Part shown: piece after piece, positions 20,221 to 30,705 of the stretch
How the letters are laid out: each line of letters starts with the position of its first letter
How positions within the stretch are numbered: position 1 is the stretch's first letter
The notes under the pieces: generated by a model
Database searches by the model: none
Told to the model about the DNA's origin: nothing
Seen by the model: only the letters and a program-made list of their open reading frames with translations
DNA from: Vulcanimicrobiota bacterium
GTDB taxonomy: Bacteria > Vulcanimicrobiota > Vulcanimicrobiia > Vulcanimicrobiales > Vulcanimicrobiaceae
Direction: 5' to 3'
Assembly (NCBI GenBank): GCA_963714015.1
Contig: OY970223.1
Span: forward strand, 1,216,001 to 1,280,000
DNA: 64,000 nucleotides
Made by a program: the position numbers and the translations under genes

Positions 20221-21008
20221 TGCCGGACGGGTTCGACGGCGGGCTGGGGCTGTGCTCCCAAGAAACGCGTCACAGCGCGCAGCGTCACCGGCCAAACCCG
20301 GTCGTTCGCCAAAAATCCTTTGCTGAGCATGATGAAACGGTCGAAGTGACCGATGATGTTCATGTGGTTGGCGTGCGGCCCCGAGATGTAGTGGGCCGGT
20401 ATCCGGCTGCCCAGCGAGGCGGAGTCGGCCCACACGAGGCCGTCGTTGTCGCCGCCGCGCGAAGGAATCATTCCGGCGATCGACAGGAGGCGCACGCTCT
20501 TGGGGCCGACCCAGGGCTCGCGGTCGAGCACCCAGTCGCGCCACCCGCGTGGCGTCAGTTCCCAATGGCCGCCGGTTCCGTTCAGCCACCGCATGAACGG
20601 TGAATAGAGATCCATGTCGCCAAAGGCTTTGTCCGGAATGCGCAGCATCGCATAAATTTGCGGAAGGGCGTAGGTTTGCACGCCCCAATTCGGGGTCGCG
20701 ATCATGATGGAGTGACTGACGTCATGCGCCCGGTGTTCGTAACGCCGCAGAAATCCGCGCACGACTAGTCCCCCGAGCGAGTATCCGAGCAGCACGATGG
20801 GAAATTGGCGTCCCTCACCTTTGAGCCGGTCGATGAACGCGCAGAACCGGTCGATACGCTCGCTCAGCGTGTCGTTGAACTCGCCGAACGTGAGCGAATT
20901 GATTCCGTAGTGATCGAGGCCGGGAACTTGCGCGGTGCCGCGGCGGAGCAAATCGAAATGCTCGGGCGGCTCGTTGTAGCCCGGAACCATAATAATGGTC
21001 AGGCTCAT
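20217..21008 (-). CDS. Alpha/beta hydrolase (esterase/lipase-like)
   Basis: GYSLGG nucleophile elbow, IATPNWG, NDGLV, NH; overlaps both neighbours. Confidence 0.8.
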   Translation of the reverse strand: MSLTIIMVPGYNEPPEHFDLLRRGTAQVPGLDHYGINSLTFGEFNDTLSERIDRFCAFIDRLKGEGRQFPIVLLGYSLGGLVVRGFLRRYEHRAHDVSHSIMIATPNWGVQTYALPQIYAMLRIPDKAFGDMDLYSPFMRWLNGTGGHWELTPRGWRDWVLDREPWVGPKSVRLLSIAGMIPSRGGDNDGLVWADSASLGSRIPAHYISGPHANHMNIIGHFDRFIMLSKGFLANDRVWPVTLRAVTRFLGAQPQPAVEPVRQ

Positions 21009-22906
21009 TGCAAGTCGATGAGCGGCGCATCGGCGCCCACGATATCCCCCACCTTGACGTGCAGCGCGCCTACCTTACCATCGGAGGACGCCTCGATGCG
21101 GTGCTCCATCTTCATGGCCTCCAGAACGATCAGCAGATCGCGCGTCTGGACCGCCGCGCCCGGCTCGACGGCGATTTTCACGATCTTTCCCGGCATCGGC
21201 GAGGCGATTCGGCCCGGACCCGCGCCGGAAGCGTGCGAGCTGTTCGCATCGACCGACGGCGGCGGCGCAAACCGCAGATGCCACGTTCGTCCATCTCGAT
21301 CGACCGTTACGCCGCCCGCCGCGACCCGAGCTGTCGAGTTTGGCGCATCGATGCGCACTTCGCCGGTAAAGTCGCCCTCGAGACGCCACACTGCCGGATC
21401 GGATGTGGCCGTTGCCTCCGATGCGATGCGCTTTCCGGCCGACTCGAGCGCGATCGGAACGCCCACTCCGCCGATGCGCCAAGGCGCGCGGCGTTCGCGC
21501 AGCAGCGCGGCAGCGGCCTCTGCGAAAATTTCTTTGGGAACCTGCGCGGGTTTTGAAAAGATCGTCTCGTCCAGATGTTCGTTAAGGAAGCTCGTCGGCG
21601 TGTCACCCGCGCGGTAGTGCGGTTCGCGCGCGATCCACAGCAAGAGCGGAACGTTGGAACGGATGCCGTCTATCGCAAAATCAGCTAGTGCCGTCTCCAA
21701 TCGGGCGATTGCGGCTATGCGATCCTCGCCCCAAACAATCAATTTTGCGAGCATCGGGTCGTAGTAGACCGACACTTCACTGCCGGTCTCGACGCCTGCG
21801 TCGACCCGAATGCCCGGACCTTCGGGCGGCTTCCACACCTCGATCGTTCCGGTCGAGGGAAGCATATGGTTCGCGGGATCTTCCGCATAGATGCGCGTTT
21901 CGATCGACCATCCGCGGGGCCGCGCTTCGCGTTGCTCGAGCGTCAAACGTTCGCCCTGCGCGATGCGCAGCTGCCAGTGTACCAAATCCACTCCGTACGC
22001 CAGTTCCGTAACGGGGTGCTCCACTTGCAGACGCGTGTTCATCTCGAGAAAATAGAACGTGCCGTCTTCGTCGAGCATGAACTCGCACGTGCCGGCGTTC
22101 ACGTAGTCGACCGATTTTGCGGCGCGCACGGCAGCGGCGCCCATCTCGTCGCGCAGCTCCGGCGTGAGTGCGACCGAAGGCGCCTCTTCGACGATTTTCT
22201 GATGCCGGCGCTGAATCGAGCACTCGCGCTCACCCAAGTGAAGGACGTTGCCGTGCGCGTCCGCGAGAATCTGGAATTCGATGTGCCGCGGACGGCGCAA
22301 GTAGCGTTCCAAGAGCACAGCGTCGCTGCCGAAGGCCGCGAGCGCTTCCCGTTTGGCTGCTTCGAGCGCTTCGTCGAACTGACCGATCGCCTCGACGACA
22401 CGCATACCCCGGCCGCCGCCTCCGGCGCTCGCTTTGATGAGCAGCGGAAAGCCGACGTCGTGCGCCTCTTTGCGAAGACGCGCGGGCGATTGATCGTCAC
22501 CGTCATATCCGGGCACCACCGGCACGTCGAACCGGCGCACGCGGCGCTTCGCTTCGATTTTGCTGCCCATCGCCTCCATCGACTCCGGCGAAGGTCCCAC
22601 GAAGGTCAATCCGGCATCGCGAACGGCGCTCGCGAATTGCGCGCGCTCCGAAAGGAACCCGTAGCCCGGATGCACCGCGTCGGCGCCGAGCGACTTGGCG
22701 GCCGCAACGACGGCCTCGACGTTCAAGTACGACTCCGCAGCTTGAGGCGGTCCGACGCACGCGGCCGCTTCCATGAATTTCAGGTGGTAAGAACGCGCGT
22801 CCGCCTGTGAGTAGATGCCGACCGGCGTAATACCCATCTCTCGTGCGCCGCGCGCGACTCGCACCGCGATTTCGCCCCGGTTGGCGATCAGCAGCCGGCG
22901 AATCAT
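21005..22906 (-). CDS. Biotin carboxylase + biotin carrier, 3-methylcrotonyl-CoA carboxylase alpha-like
   Basis: LIANRGEIA, HPGYGFLSE, GGGGRGMR, EMNTRLQVEHPVTE, EAMKM. Confidence 0.95.
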   Translation of the reverse strand: MIRRLLIANRGEIAVRVARGAREMGITPVGIYSQADARSYHLKFMEAAACVGPPQAAESYLNVEAVVAAAKSLGADAVHPGYGFLSERAQFASAVRDAGLTFVGPSPESMEAMGSKIEAKRRVRRFDVPVVPGYDGDDQSPARLRKEAHDVGFPLLIKASAGGGGRGMRVVEAIGQFDEALEAAKREALAAFGSDAVLLERYLRRPRHIEFQILADAHGNVLHLGERECSIQRRHQKIVEEAPSVALTPELRDEMGAAAVRAAKSVDYVNAGTCEFMLDEDGTFYFLEMNTRLQVEHPVTELAYGVDLVHWQLRIAQGERLTLEQREARPRGWSIETRIYAEDPANHMLPSTGTIEVWKPPEGPGIRVDAGVETGSEVSVYYDPMLAKLIVWGEDRIAAIARLETALADFAIDGIRSNVPLLLWIAREPHYRAGDTPTSFLNEHLDETIFSKPAQVPKEIFAEAAAALLRERRAPWRIGGVGVPIALESAGKRIASEATATSDPAVWRLEGDFTGEVRIDAPNSTARVAAGGVTVDRDGRTWHLRFAPPPSVDANSSHASGAGPGRIASPMPGKIVKIAVEPGAAVQTRDLLIVLEAMKMEHRIEASSDGKVGALHVKVGDIVGADAPLIDLQ

Positions 22907-23688
22907 GCGATCCAGTTCGCGCTGCGGCGTTCCAAGAAAGCGCGCAGACCTTCTTGACCTTCGGCGGAAGTTCGCTGCCGCGCTATCGCTTCTGCGGTAA
23001 CCTCCAGCGATTCGTCATACGGTGTTTGGCGAACGCCGTGGATCAACGCTTTGGCGGCAGCGGCAGCAGACGGCCCTGCCGTTAGAACCTCGCGGACGAT
23101 CCGCTCCAGACAGACGTCCAGGGTATCGCCGACCACGACTTCGTGCACCAGTCCGATGGCTTGCGCGCGTTTGGCTTCGAAGCGCTCCCCCGTCAAAAAC
23201 AATGCTCGCGCATTGGAAACGCCGATCTTCGCGAGCACGAACGGTGAAATGACCGCCGGAATGATCCCGAGCTTGACCTCAGTAAAACCGAAGATCGCAT
23301 CGGAGCTCGCTATTGCAATATCGCATACCGCCGCGAGTCCGGCTCCCCCACCCAGCGCAGCGCCGTGAATGCGCCCGATAACCGGCTTCGGGCAACGATC
23401 GATCGTGCGGAACATGCGCGACATCGCTTCGGCGTCGGCGACGTTCCGATCGAAGTCCAGCTCCAGCGAATCTTTCATCCACGAGATGTCCGCGCCGCCG
23501 CAGAAAACTTTGCCCTCGCCCGATAGGACGATGGCGCGAACTTGCTCCTCCTCGCCCAGCCGGCGGAAGACTTGAGTCAATGCGGCGATGAGCTCGGCGT
23601 TGAAGGCGTTGCGAACCTCGGGGCGGCTGAGCCGCACGCGGGCGACGGAGCCTTCCATCTCGCATTGTAGTGAGGTAGCATTGGTCAT
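22903..23688 (-). CDS. Enoyl-CoA hydratase, methylglutaconyl-CoA hydratase-like
   Basis: RPEVRNAFN, FCGGAD, GAALGGGAGL, EVKLGIIPAVISP; liu context. Confidence 0.93.
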   Translation of the reverse strand: MTNATSLQCEMEGSVARVRLSRPEVRNAFNAELIAALTQVFRRLGEEEQVRAIVLSGEGKVFCGGADISWMKDSLELDFDRNVADAEAMSRMFRTIDRCPKPVIGRIHGAALGGGAGLAAVCDIAIASSDAIFGFTEVKLGIIPAVISPFVLAKIGVSNARALFLTGERFEAKRAQAIGLVHEVVVGDTLDVCLERIVREVLTAGPSAAAAAKALIHGVRQTPYDESLEVTAEAIARQRTSAEGQEGLRAFLERRSANWIA

Positions 23689-23757
23689 GGCCCGGCGACG
23701 TTCGCGCCGGGGCCGGGCCTTTCATCCGGGACATCCCGGCGAGCGTATTACCTTAGT

Positions 23758-24561
23758 ATGGAAGAGCGTAAGATCGTCTACCGCCATTCGAGCGCCACGC
23801 GGATCACGCACTGGGTGTTTTTCATTGCGTTTCTTGCGCTGGTCAGCAGCGGGCTGCAGATCTTCAACGCCGCGCCGTATCTGGATGCTTCCGACAAGAC
23901 CAATCCATCGCACCGAGTGCTGCAGATAGGATCGCCTTCGGACGGCGTCGGGACCACCACCATTTTCGGACACACGTTCACCACGACGCGATGGCTGGGT
24001 TGGACCGACGACGGAATGGGCGGGCAAGGCCCGCGGGCGTTTCCGGGGTGGATCACGATTCCGTCATACCAGGATCTTGCCGACGGGCGCCGGTGGCATC
24101 TCTTCTTTGCGTGGTTCATGATTCTGTGCGGCGTTGCGTACGTCGTTGCGGGACTAGCGCGACGCGATCTGCGCCAGTTGATCCTGCGTCCTGCCGACGT
24201 TCCAAAGATTTTGCCGATGCAGCTCTATTATCTACGCTTGCGCAAGGAAGCGCCCCAGCACGGCAAATACAATCCGCTGCAGAAGACGGCATATACGCTG
24301 GTGCTTTTTGTTTTCGCGCCGCTGATCGTACTGAGCGGCCTTGCGTTGTCGCCCGGCTTCGACGCCTGGATGCCTTGGCTGGTGCATCTGCTGGGCGGAC
24401 GGCAATTTGCGCGGACGTGGCATTTTGCGGCGATGATCGCGCTCATCGGGTTCTTCGTCACGCACGTCCTTTTGGTCGCGACCACCGGCGCATGGAATCA
24501 CGTGCGCTCGATGGTCACGGGGCGCTATCGTCTGAGCTCGCACGACGGAGTCGGCATATGA
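23758..24561 (+). CDS. Cytochrome b/b6 membrane protein (YdhU-like)
   Basis: RITHW, RRWHLFFAW, KYNPLQK, ARTWHF. Confidence 0.9.
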   Translation: MEERKIVYRHSSATRITHWVFFIAFLALVSSGLQIFNAAPYLDASDKTNPSHRVLQIGSPSDGVGTTTIFGHTFTTTRWLGWTDDGMGGQGPRAFPGWITIPSYQDLADGRRWHLFFAWFMILCGVAYVVAGLARRDLRQLILRPADVPKILPMQLYYLRLRKEAPQHGKYNPLQKTAYTLVLFVFAPLIVLSGLALSPGFDAWMPWLVHLLGGRQFARTWHFAAMIALIGFFVTHVLLVATTGAWNHVRSMVTGRYRLSSHDGVGI

Positions 24562-25298
24562 AGCGGCGGCTCTTTTTGGCGAGCAGCCTTTCGGCCGCGC
24601 TCGCTTCTTGTTCGCAGATCGGCACCAAATTGAATGACAACGGCGGTTTTCATCGCGCGCTCGAGAGTGCCGAATGGGTCAATCAGCGGCTCATCGGCAC
24701 GCGCGGCCGCGCGCGCGAATACGGGCCGGCGGACATCTCCAAGGATTTTCCGATAAACTCACTTCCCACGCCGAAAGATTCTCAATACTCGGATTTGGCT
24801 CGCGACGGATTCCATTCGTTCCGTTTAGTCGTGGATGGTGCCGTAGAGCATCCGCTTTCGCTGCCGCTTGCGCAGCTTCAGCACATGATGGACGTTTCGG
24901 AGATCACGCGTCACGACTGCGTCGAAGGCTGGAGCGTCGTCGCGCAGTGGCAAGGGGTGCGACTGGCAGACCTGATCGCGCTCGCTCGGCCGCGCCCGAA
25001 CGCGCGTTTTGCGGTCTTCCACACCTTCGACGTCGATCAGCAAGGCGCGCCGTACTATGAAAGCCTCAGTTTAACGCAGGCCGCGCATCCGCAGACGCTC
25101 CTGTCGCTGCGCCAAAACGGCAAGCCGATCGAGGTCGATCGCGGCGCGCCGGTCCGTTTGACGGTACCGACGCAGCTAGGCTACAAGAGCGCGAAATGGG
25201 TCAGGCGTATCGAGATCGCCGATTCGATGCACGCTCTGTACGGCGGCAAGGGCGGCTATTGGGAAGATCAGGGCTACGAGTGGTACGCGGGGATTTGA
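24558..25298 (+). CDS. Molybdopterin-dependent oxidoreductase (sulfite oxidase/MsrP-like)
   Basis: Twin-Arg-like MKRRLFL...ASC; TRHDCVEGWS, GAPVRL, LGYKSAKW, GGYWEDQGY. Confidence 0.92.
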   Translation: MKRRLFLASSLSAALASCSQIGTKLNDNGGFHRALESAEWVNQRLIGTRGRAREYGPADISKDFPINSLPTPKDSQYSDLARDGFHSFRLVVDGAVEHPLSLPLAQLQHMMDVSEITRHDCVEGWSVVAQWQGVRLADLIALARPRPNARFAVFHTFDVDQQGAPYYESLSLTQAAHPQTLLSLRQNGKPIEVDRGAPVRLTVPTQLGYKSAKWVRRIEIADSMHALYGGKGGYWEDQGYEWYAGI

Positions 25299-25324
25299 CG
25301 TGCAGTCTCAGCTGCCGCTACAGC

Positions 25325-26215
25325 CTACGACCGTAACGATCTCGGCTTGCTCAATGCAATCCATACGCCCGCGATAACCAGTGCCGCGCCGAAGGTTTCA
25401 CGCAAACCGAACGCTTCGCCGCCCGCAAAGACTCCCACGAGGACCGCGATCACCGGAATGATCAATGCGCTTAGGCCGACGATCCACGCGGCGATGCGAT
25501 GCAGCAGCCACAAATTTGCGAAGAACGCCACGCCGCTTCCGAGCACGGCCAAGTAAAGAATGGCGCCGGCGGACGCCACCGAAGCGGCGCGTGCCGGATT
25601 TGGGTGTTCGATGAGAATGCCGGCGATCGCCACCGCAGTTCCCGCAAGCAGCATGGCCGGCGGAAGCGTTACCAGCGGGTCGTGATGGGAATGCCGTTTG
25701 GCGTAGACGTTTGCGAAGGCCGAAGAACAAGCCGCCGCCACGGCTGCCAGCGCGTACCAGATGGATCCCTGCAGTGAGGCGGAGAGCGAGATTGCAAAGA
25801 CGCCGGTAAAGGCGAGCAATCCGCCTATCCAAATCCTCGGCGTAGTACGTTCGCCAATCAGATAATGACCGAACGCGAACATGAAGAAGGGCAACACGCC
25901 GAAGAGCACGGCCGTCAAACCGGACCCGACATGAGTCTCGGCGACATACGTGAGTATGTAATTCAACCCGAAAAGAAAGCAGCCCAGAATCGCGACCAGC
26001 TTCCACGGTACGTCTTTCGGCGCGCGAAGCTTTCCGCTCATTGCGGCCGCAGCGTACATAAGGAGTCCGGCGATCACGAAACGCACTCCCGCGCCGGAGA
26101 TTGGCGGAACGTAACGCAGGCTGATCTTGATGCCCAGCCAGGTAGTGCCCCAAATGCCGCACATAAGCGCATAGGCTCCAACGATCCCGGCTCGGGCCTT
26201 CAGGGAGTCGCGCAT
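25325..26215 (-). CDS. EamA/DMT family transporter
   Basis: IWGTTWLGIK, about 10 TM segments, YLAVLGS. Confidence 0.9.
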   Translation of the reverse strand: MRDSLKARAGIVGAYALMCGIWGTTWLGIKISLRYVPPISGAGVRFVIAGLLMYAAAAMSGKLRAPKDVPWKLVAILGCFLFGLNYILTYVAETHVGSGLTAVLFGVLPFFMFAFGHYLIGERTTPRIWIGGLLAFTGVFAISLSASLQGSIWYALAAVAAACSSAFANVYAKRHSHHDPLVTLPPAMLLAGTAVAIAGILIEHPNPARAASVASAGAILYLAVLGSGVAFFANLWLLHRIAAWIVGLSALIIPVIAVLVGVFAGGEAFGLRETFGAALVIAGVWIALSKPRSLRS

Positions 26216-26232
26216 CGGATTCCTTATTAGCC

Positions 26233-26262
26233 TTGACAGTCCCGCCGGGCCTGTGCTTTGAT
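26233..26262 (+). promoter_or_regulatory. Sigma70-type promoter for leader-aroH-tyrA
   Basis: TTGACA 26233-26238; extended -10 TGcTTTGAT 26254-26262. Confidence 0.6.
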
Positions 26263-26271
26263 CGCCGGTAC

Positions 26272-26337
26272 ATGCACGGCGTACTTTCGCAGTCGTATTC
26301 GTATGCCTATTACCGGCCGCTTCGCGGAGCCGGTTGA
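26272..26337 (+). CDS. Tyr-rich leader peptide MHGVLSQSYSYAYYRPLRGAG
   Basis: 21-codon ORF with 4 Tyr in 6 codons directly upstream of tyrosine-pathway genes and a terminator. Confidence 0.8.
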   Translation: MHGVLSQSYSYAYYRPLRGAG

Positions 26338-26369
26338 GCGCTCATTGCAGTAACGGCTTACGTTTTTGC

Positions 26370-26407
26370 AAGAAGCCTCGCCGGTTCCGGCGGGGTTTTT
26401 TCGTTTT
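26370..26407 (+). terminator. Attenuator terminator hairpin
   Basis: GCCTCGCCGG-TT-CCGGCGGGGT followed by T-run, 14 nt before aroH ATG. Confidence 0.8.
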
Positions 26408-26420
26408 GAAGAGGGACTCG

Positions 26421-26804
26421 ATGAATCAACTCAAGGTGCGAGGCATTCGCGGTGCGGTCACCGTGGAGGAAAACGTGCCCGAACAGATCGGCGCCGCCAC
26501 GAAGCGGCTGCTCTCGGAAATGATCGGCCGCAACGCGATTGAGACCGCCGACATTGCCTCGGTGCTGTTCAGTCTGACTCCGGATCTGCAGTCCGCCTTT
26601 CCGGCGCTCGCGGCGCGCGAAATGGGTTGGGTTCACGTGCCGATGCTGCACTTCAGCGAGATCGCGGTACCGGGAGCTATGGCGCGCGTGGTGCGCGTAT
26701 TGATGCACGTGAACACCGTGCGCGGACAACAGGAGATCGAACACGTCTACCTTGACGGAGCGGCGGCCTTGCGCCCCGATCTCTCGCGGCCGGTTGGTTC
26801 GTGA
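26421..26804 (+). CDS. aroH: Chorismate mutase, AroH type
   Basis: VRGIRGAVTV, FPALAAR, HVYLDGAAALRPDL; ATG 26421. Confidence 0.94.
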   Translation: MNQLKVRGIRGAVTVEENVPEQIGAATKRLLSEMIGRNAIETADIASVLFSLTPDLQSAFPALAAREMGWVHVPMLHFSEIAVPGAMARVVRVLMHVNTVRGQQEIEHVYLDGAAALRPDLSRPVGS

Positions 26805-27577
26805 GCGTGACGGGCACCATTGGGATCCTCGGCACCGGGCTGATCGGCGGATCGATAGGGCTGCGCGCGCGTGAAATCGGCATGCGCGTTCTGGGCTGCG
26901 ATGCCGACGCGGAGGCGGCGCGTGAAGCGCGGCAGCGCGAAATCGTAGATCAGCTTGCGGACAGGAGCGAGATCTACGGGTCGTGCGATACAGTCGTGCT
27001 CGCCATGCCTGCTGCTGCGGCGGTACGCGAGTTGCAATCACTAGATCGCACTCAGGTTTCGCGCGTTTCGTTGATTATCGACGTCGCCTCGGTGAAAACG
27101 CCGGTTGTCGAAGCTGCGCGCGGAATCGCGTCCTTCGTTGCGACGCACCCGATGGCGGGAAATGCCGGAAGCGGCCCTCATGCCGCCGACGCTGCAATCT
27201 TTGACGGCGCGACGTGGGCATACGTTGCGCAGCAAGACGAAAAAGTGACGCAGCGGGCGGTGGAGTTCATTGCCTCGATGGGAGCGCACCCGGTGCCGGT
27301 TGACGCGCAGCAGCACGACGCAATCGTTGCCTTCACCTCTCACATGCCGCAGGTCTTCGCATGGCTCTTTGCCGAGCGGTTCACGCAACTGGACTCCGAA
27401 ATTGCCGAGGCGCTGTGCGGTCCCGTCGCGCGTGAATTGCTGCGCATAGGCCGCACGCGCCCGGCGTTCTGGAACGACGTGCTCGAGCTCAACGCGGAAA
27501 ACTTGAGCCGCGAGCTGCGCCGGGCGGCTGGAGCACTCGACGAAGCAGCGGCAGATTACATTCTGAAAACGCCGTAA
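26801..27577 (+). CDS. tyrA: Prephenate/arogenate dehydrogenase
   Basis: [33 protein letters not shown]. Confidence 0.92.
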   Translation: MSVTGTIGILGTGLIGGSIGLRAREIGMRVLGCDADAEAAREARQREIVDQLADRSEIYGSCDTVVLAMPAAAAVRELQSLDRTQVSRVSLIIDVASVKTPVVEAARGIASFVATHPMAGNAGSGPHAADAAIFDGATWAYVAQQDEKVTQRAVEFIASMGAHPVPVDAQQHDAIVAFTSHMPQVFAWLFAERFTQLDSEIAEALCGPVARELLRIGRTRPAFWNDVLELNAENLSRELRRAAGALDEAAADYILKTP

Positions 27578-29142
27578 CGCGTATGTTCGATGGGTGCGTG
27601 CGCCGCTGCGTCCAGTCCCATCGCGATAACTTTGCGCGTGTCGAGGGGATCGATGATACCGTCGTCCCACAAGCGCGCGGTCGAGTAATACGGGCTTCCC
27701 TCGTGCTCGTACTTCTCGAGAATCGGACGTTCGAACTCGGCTTTTTGCTCCGCCGTCATCTCGCCTTTGACCGTTGAGAGCACGCCGGCGGCTTGCGGTC
27801 CGCCCATGACCGAGATGCGCGCGTTCGGCCACATCCACAATTGTCGCGGCGAATACGCGCGCCCGCACATGCCGTAATTCCCCGCGCCGAAGCTTCCGCC
27901 GATCACGACCGTGAATTTCGGGACCTCAGCGCAGGCCACGGCGGTGACGAGTTTGGCGCCGTCTTTGGCGATGCCGCCGTTCTCGTACTGCTTGCCGACC
28001 ATAAAGCCGGTGATGTTCTGCAGAAAGAGCAACGGCGTGCCGCGCTGGGTGCAAAGCTCGATGAAGTGCGCTCCCTTGAGCGCGCTCTCGCTGAACAGAA
28101 TCCCATTGTTCGCGATGACGCCGACGGGGTGTCCTTCGATGCGCGCAAAACCGGTCACGAGCGTCGTGCCGTAGCGCGCTTTGAATTCATGAAACTCCGA
28201 TGCGTCGACCAGACGCGCGATGACCTCGCGCACGTCGTACCCGATTCTGCTGTCGGCCGGGATGATGCCGTAAATGTCGCGCGGATCGTATTTCGGCGCT
28301 CGCGCCTCGCAGGAATCCCATTGCCGCGGAAGCTCGCGATGCAGGTTCGCAACAATGGATCGCACCAGGGCCAGCGCATGCTCGTCGTCTTCCGCGAAAT
28401 GATCGGCAACCCCGGATATCCGCGTGTGCACGTCGGCGCCGCCCAGTTCTTCGGCGGTGACTTCCTCGCCGGTCGCGGCCTTGACCAGCGGCGGACCGCC
28501 TAGGAAGATCGTTCCGTTACCCTTAACGATGATCGCCTCGTCGGACATGGCCGGAACGTACGCTCCTCCCGCCGTGCACGAACCCATAACGGCAGCGATC
28601 TGCGGGATTTTTTTACCCGACATGCGCGCCTGGTTGTAAAATATCCGTCCGAAGTGATCGCGATCGGGAAACACCTCAGCCTGCAGCGGCAAAAACGCAC
28701 CGCCCGAATCCACCAAATAGATGCACGGCAAATGGTTTTGCTCCGCAATCTCTTGCGCGCGAAGGTGTTTCTTTACCGTCATCGGGTAGTATGTGCCGCC
28801 TTTGACCGTTGCATCGTTTGCAACGATGATGCAGTGCTGGCCTTCGATTGCGCCGATCCCGGTAATCATGCCGGCGGCGGGCGCATCGTCACGGTACATC
28901 CCGTTGGCTGCAAGGGCGGAGAGCTCCAGGAAATCCGAAGCGGGATCCACGAGCCGATCGATGCGTTCGCGCGCGGTGAGCTTGCCTCGCTTGCGGTGCT
29001 TGGCAACCGCGTCGGGTCCGCCCCCGTTGCGGACTGACGCCAAACGTTCGCGCAGGTCCGCGACGAGGCGGTTCATGCGCTCGAAGTTTCGATCGAAATC
29101 GCCGTCTTGCGGGTTCAGGCGTGTCGGTAGAACGGAAATCAC
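27556..29142 (-). CDS. 3-methylcrotonyl-CoA carboxylase beta (carboxyltransferase)
   Basis: [54 protein letters not shown] end. Confidence 0.96.
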   Translation of the reverse strand: MISVLPTRLNPQDGDFDRNFERMNRLVADLRERLASVRNGGGPDAVAKHRKRGKLTARERIDRLVDPASDFLELSALAANGMYRDDAPAAGMITGIGAIEGQHCIIVANDATVKGGTYYPMTVKKHLRAQEIAEQNHLPCIYLVDSGGAFLPLQAEVFPDRDHFGRIFYNQARMSGKKIPQIAAVMGSCTAGGAYVPAMSDEAIIVKGNGTIFLGGPPLVKAATGEEVTAEELGGADVHTRISGVADHFAEDDEHALALVRSIVANLHRELPRQWDSCEARAPKYDPRDIYGIIPADSRIGYDVREVIARLVDASEFHEFKARYGTTLVTGFARIEGHPVGVIANNGILFSESALKGAHFIELCTQRGTPLLFLQNITGFMVGKQYENGGIAKDGAKLVTAVACAEVPKFTVVIGGSFGAGNYGMCGRAYSPRQLWMWPNARISVMGGPQAAGVLSTVKGEMTAEQKAEFERPILEKYEHEGSPYYSTARLWDDGIIDPLDTRKVIAMGLDAAAHAPIEHTRYGVFRM

Positions 29143-29207
29143 GCTGGCCGCGTTCTTTTTCAGACGGCTTTAACCCCGTTTGGGCGGAGGTTCGATAGAC
29201 TAACGAT

Positions 29208-30699
29208 ATGGCGACCGCGCAGATTCCTCACACCGACGTTGCCGGCATGACTCGTCCCGCCGGCCGGCTCGATTTGGCCGCCGCGCTGGAACCGTACAAC
29301 GGCCCATGGAACCGCCGGTTGGCCGCACATCTTCTGCGGCGGGCGGGCTTCGGTGGAACCAACGGACGAGATCGGCAGTCTTGCGGCAAAGCCCGTGCAC
29401 GTCGCCGTCGATTCGGTGCTGGGCTTGCCCTCGGCCGAGGGCATCGACGCACCGCCCGACCTGTATAGTTTGGCTGCTGCGATCGCACAGTATTTTCCGA
29501 ACGGGCGTCCTCAGGACGTCGACGACATGACGCGCCGGAAAATCAACCAGCAGATTCGGCTGAACGAGCGCGACTCGATTGCCTCGCTGCAAAACTGGTG
29601 GCTGAACCGCATGCTGACCACGCCGGCGCCGCTGCAGGAGAAGATGACCTTTTATTTTCACGGTCACTTCACGACGGCGGCAATCCAAAAGGGCGTCGAT
29701 CCGCTGATGGTCTTCAACCAGAATCAACTCTTCCGGCAGTACGCGCTTGGAAATCTGCGCGAGCTCACCTGGGCCGTCTCGACCGACCCCGCGATGCTGA
29801 TATACTTGGACAACGCAACCAACGTCGCGAAGCATCCGAACGAGAATTATGCTCGCGAACTGATGGAGCTTTTCACGCTGGGCGTCGATCACTACACGGA
29901 ACAGGACGTTCGGGAAGCAGCGCGCGCCTGGAGCGGCTGGATCGTGAACCGTAAGACCGGACAGGCGCGTTTCGCGCCTCGCCGGCATGACGACGGTACG
30001 AAGACGTTCTTAGGGCAAACCGGCAATTGGAGCGGCCAAGACATCGTCGACATCATCTATCGCCAGCCGGCGTGCGCCGAGTTCTGGGCGAACAGTCTTC
30101 TGAACTTCTTCGTGTACAACAATCCCGAACCGGAACTGGTCACCGCGGTTTCGGGCTTGATTCGTTCGCACGACTACGAGCTGCATCCGGTCATGTCGAC
30201 GCTTCTGCGCAGCAATCTGTTCTTCTCGCCGCGCGCGTATCGTGCATTGGTGAAGAGTCCCGTCGAGTTTCTCGTCGGTACGTATAAAGCGTTCGGCGTT
30301 CCTCAGATCGGCGATCAGGGTCAGCGCGCGTTGAATCAGATGGGCCAGGTGCTCTTTAATCCTCCGAACGTCGCGGGCTGGCCGGGCGGCGCCAATTGGC
30401 TGACGAGTCAAACGCTGATAGCGCGTCAAAATTTCGTCGCCGGTCTCGTCAACTCGCCCGCAATGAGCGACGCAGGTTGGATAGCCCAGGTTCCGATGAA
30501 CGCTGCGGCCGCCGCATCGACGATCGTGCAGAACGTTCTGATCGGCGATGCTTCACGGCAAGATCTCCTGCAGCTGACCGACTATCTGAACGGCGCAAAC
30601 ACCTCCGCACTGGGAGTGCTCTCGGCGGAAAACTACCAAGAACGCGTGCGCGGCGCGGCCTACCTGACGACGGCGATGCCGGCGTATCAACTGGGGTAA
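29208..30699 (+). CDS. DUF1800 protein, +1 frameshift near 29360
   Basis: AAHLLRRAGFG then LQEKMTFYFHGHF, DPAMLIYLDN, PNENYARELMELFTLG, PPNVAGW. Confidence 0.9.
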
Positions 30700-30705
30700 A
30701 AGTTC

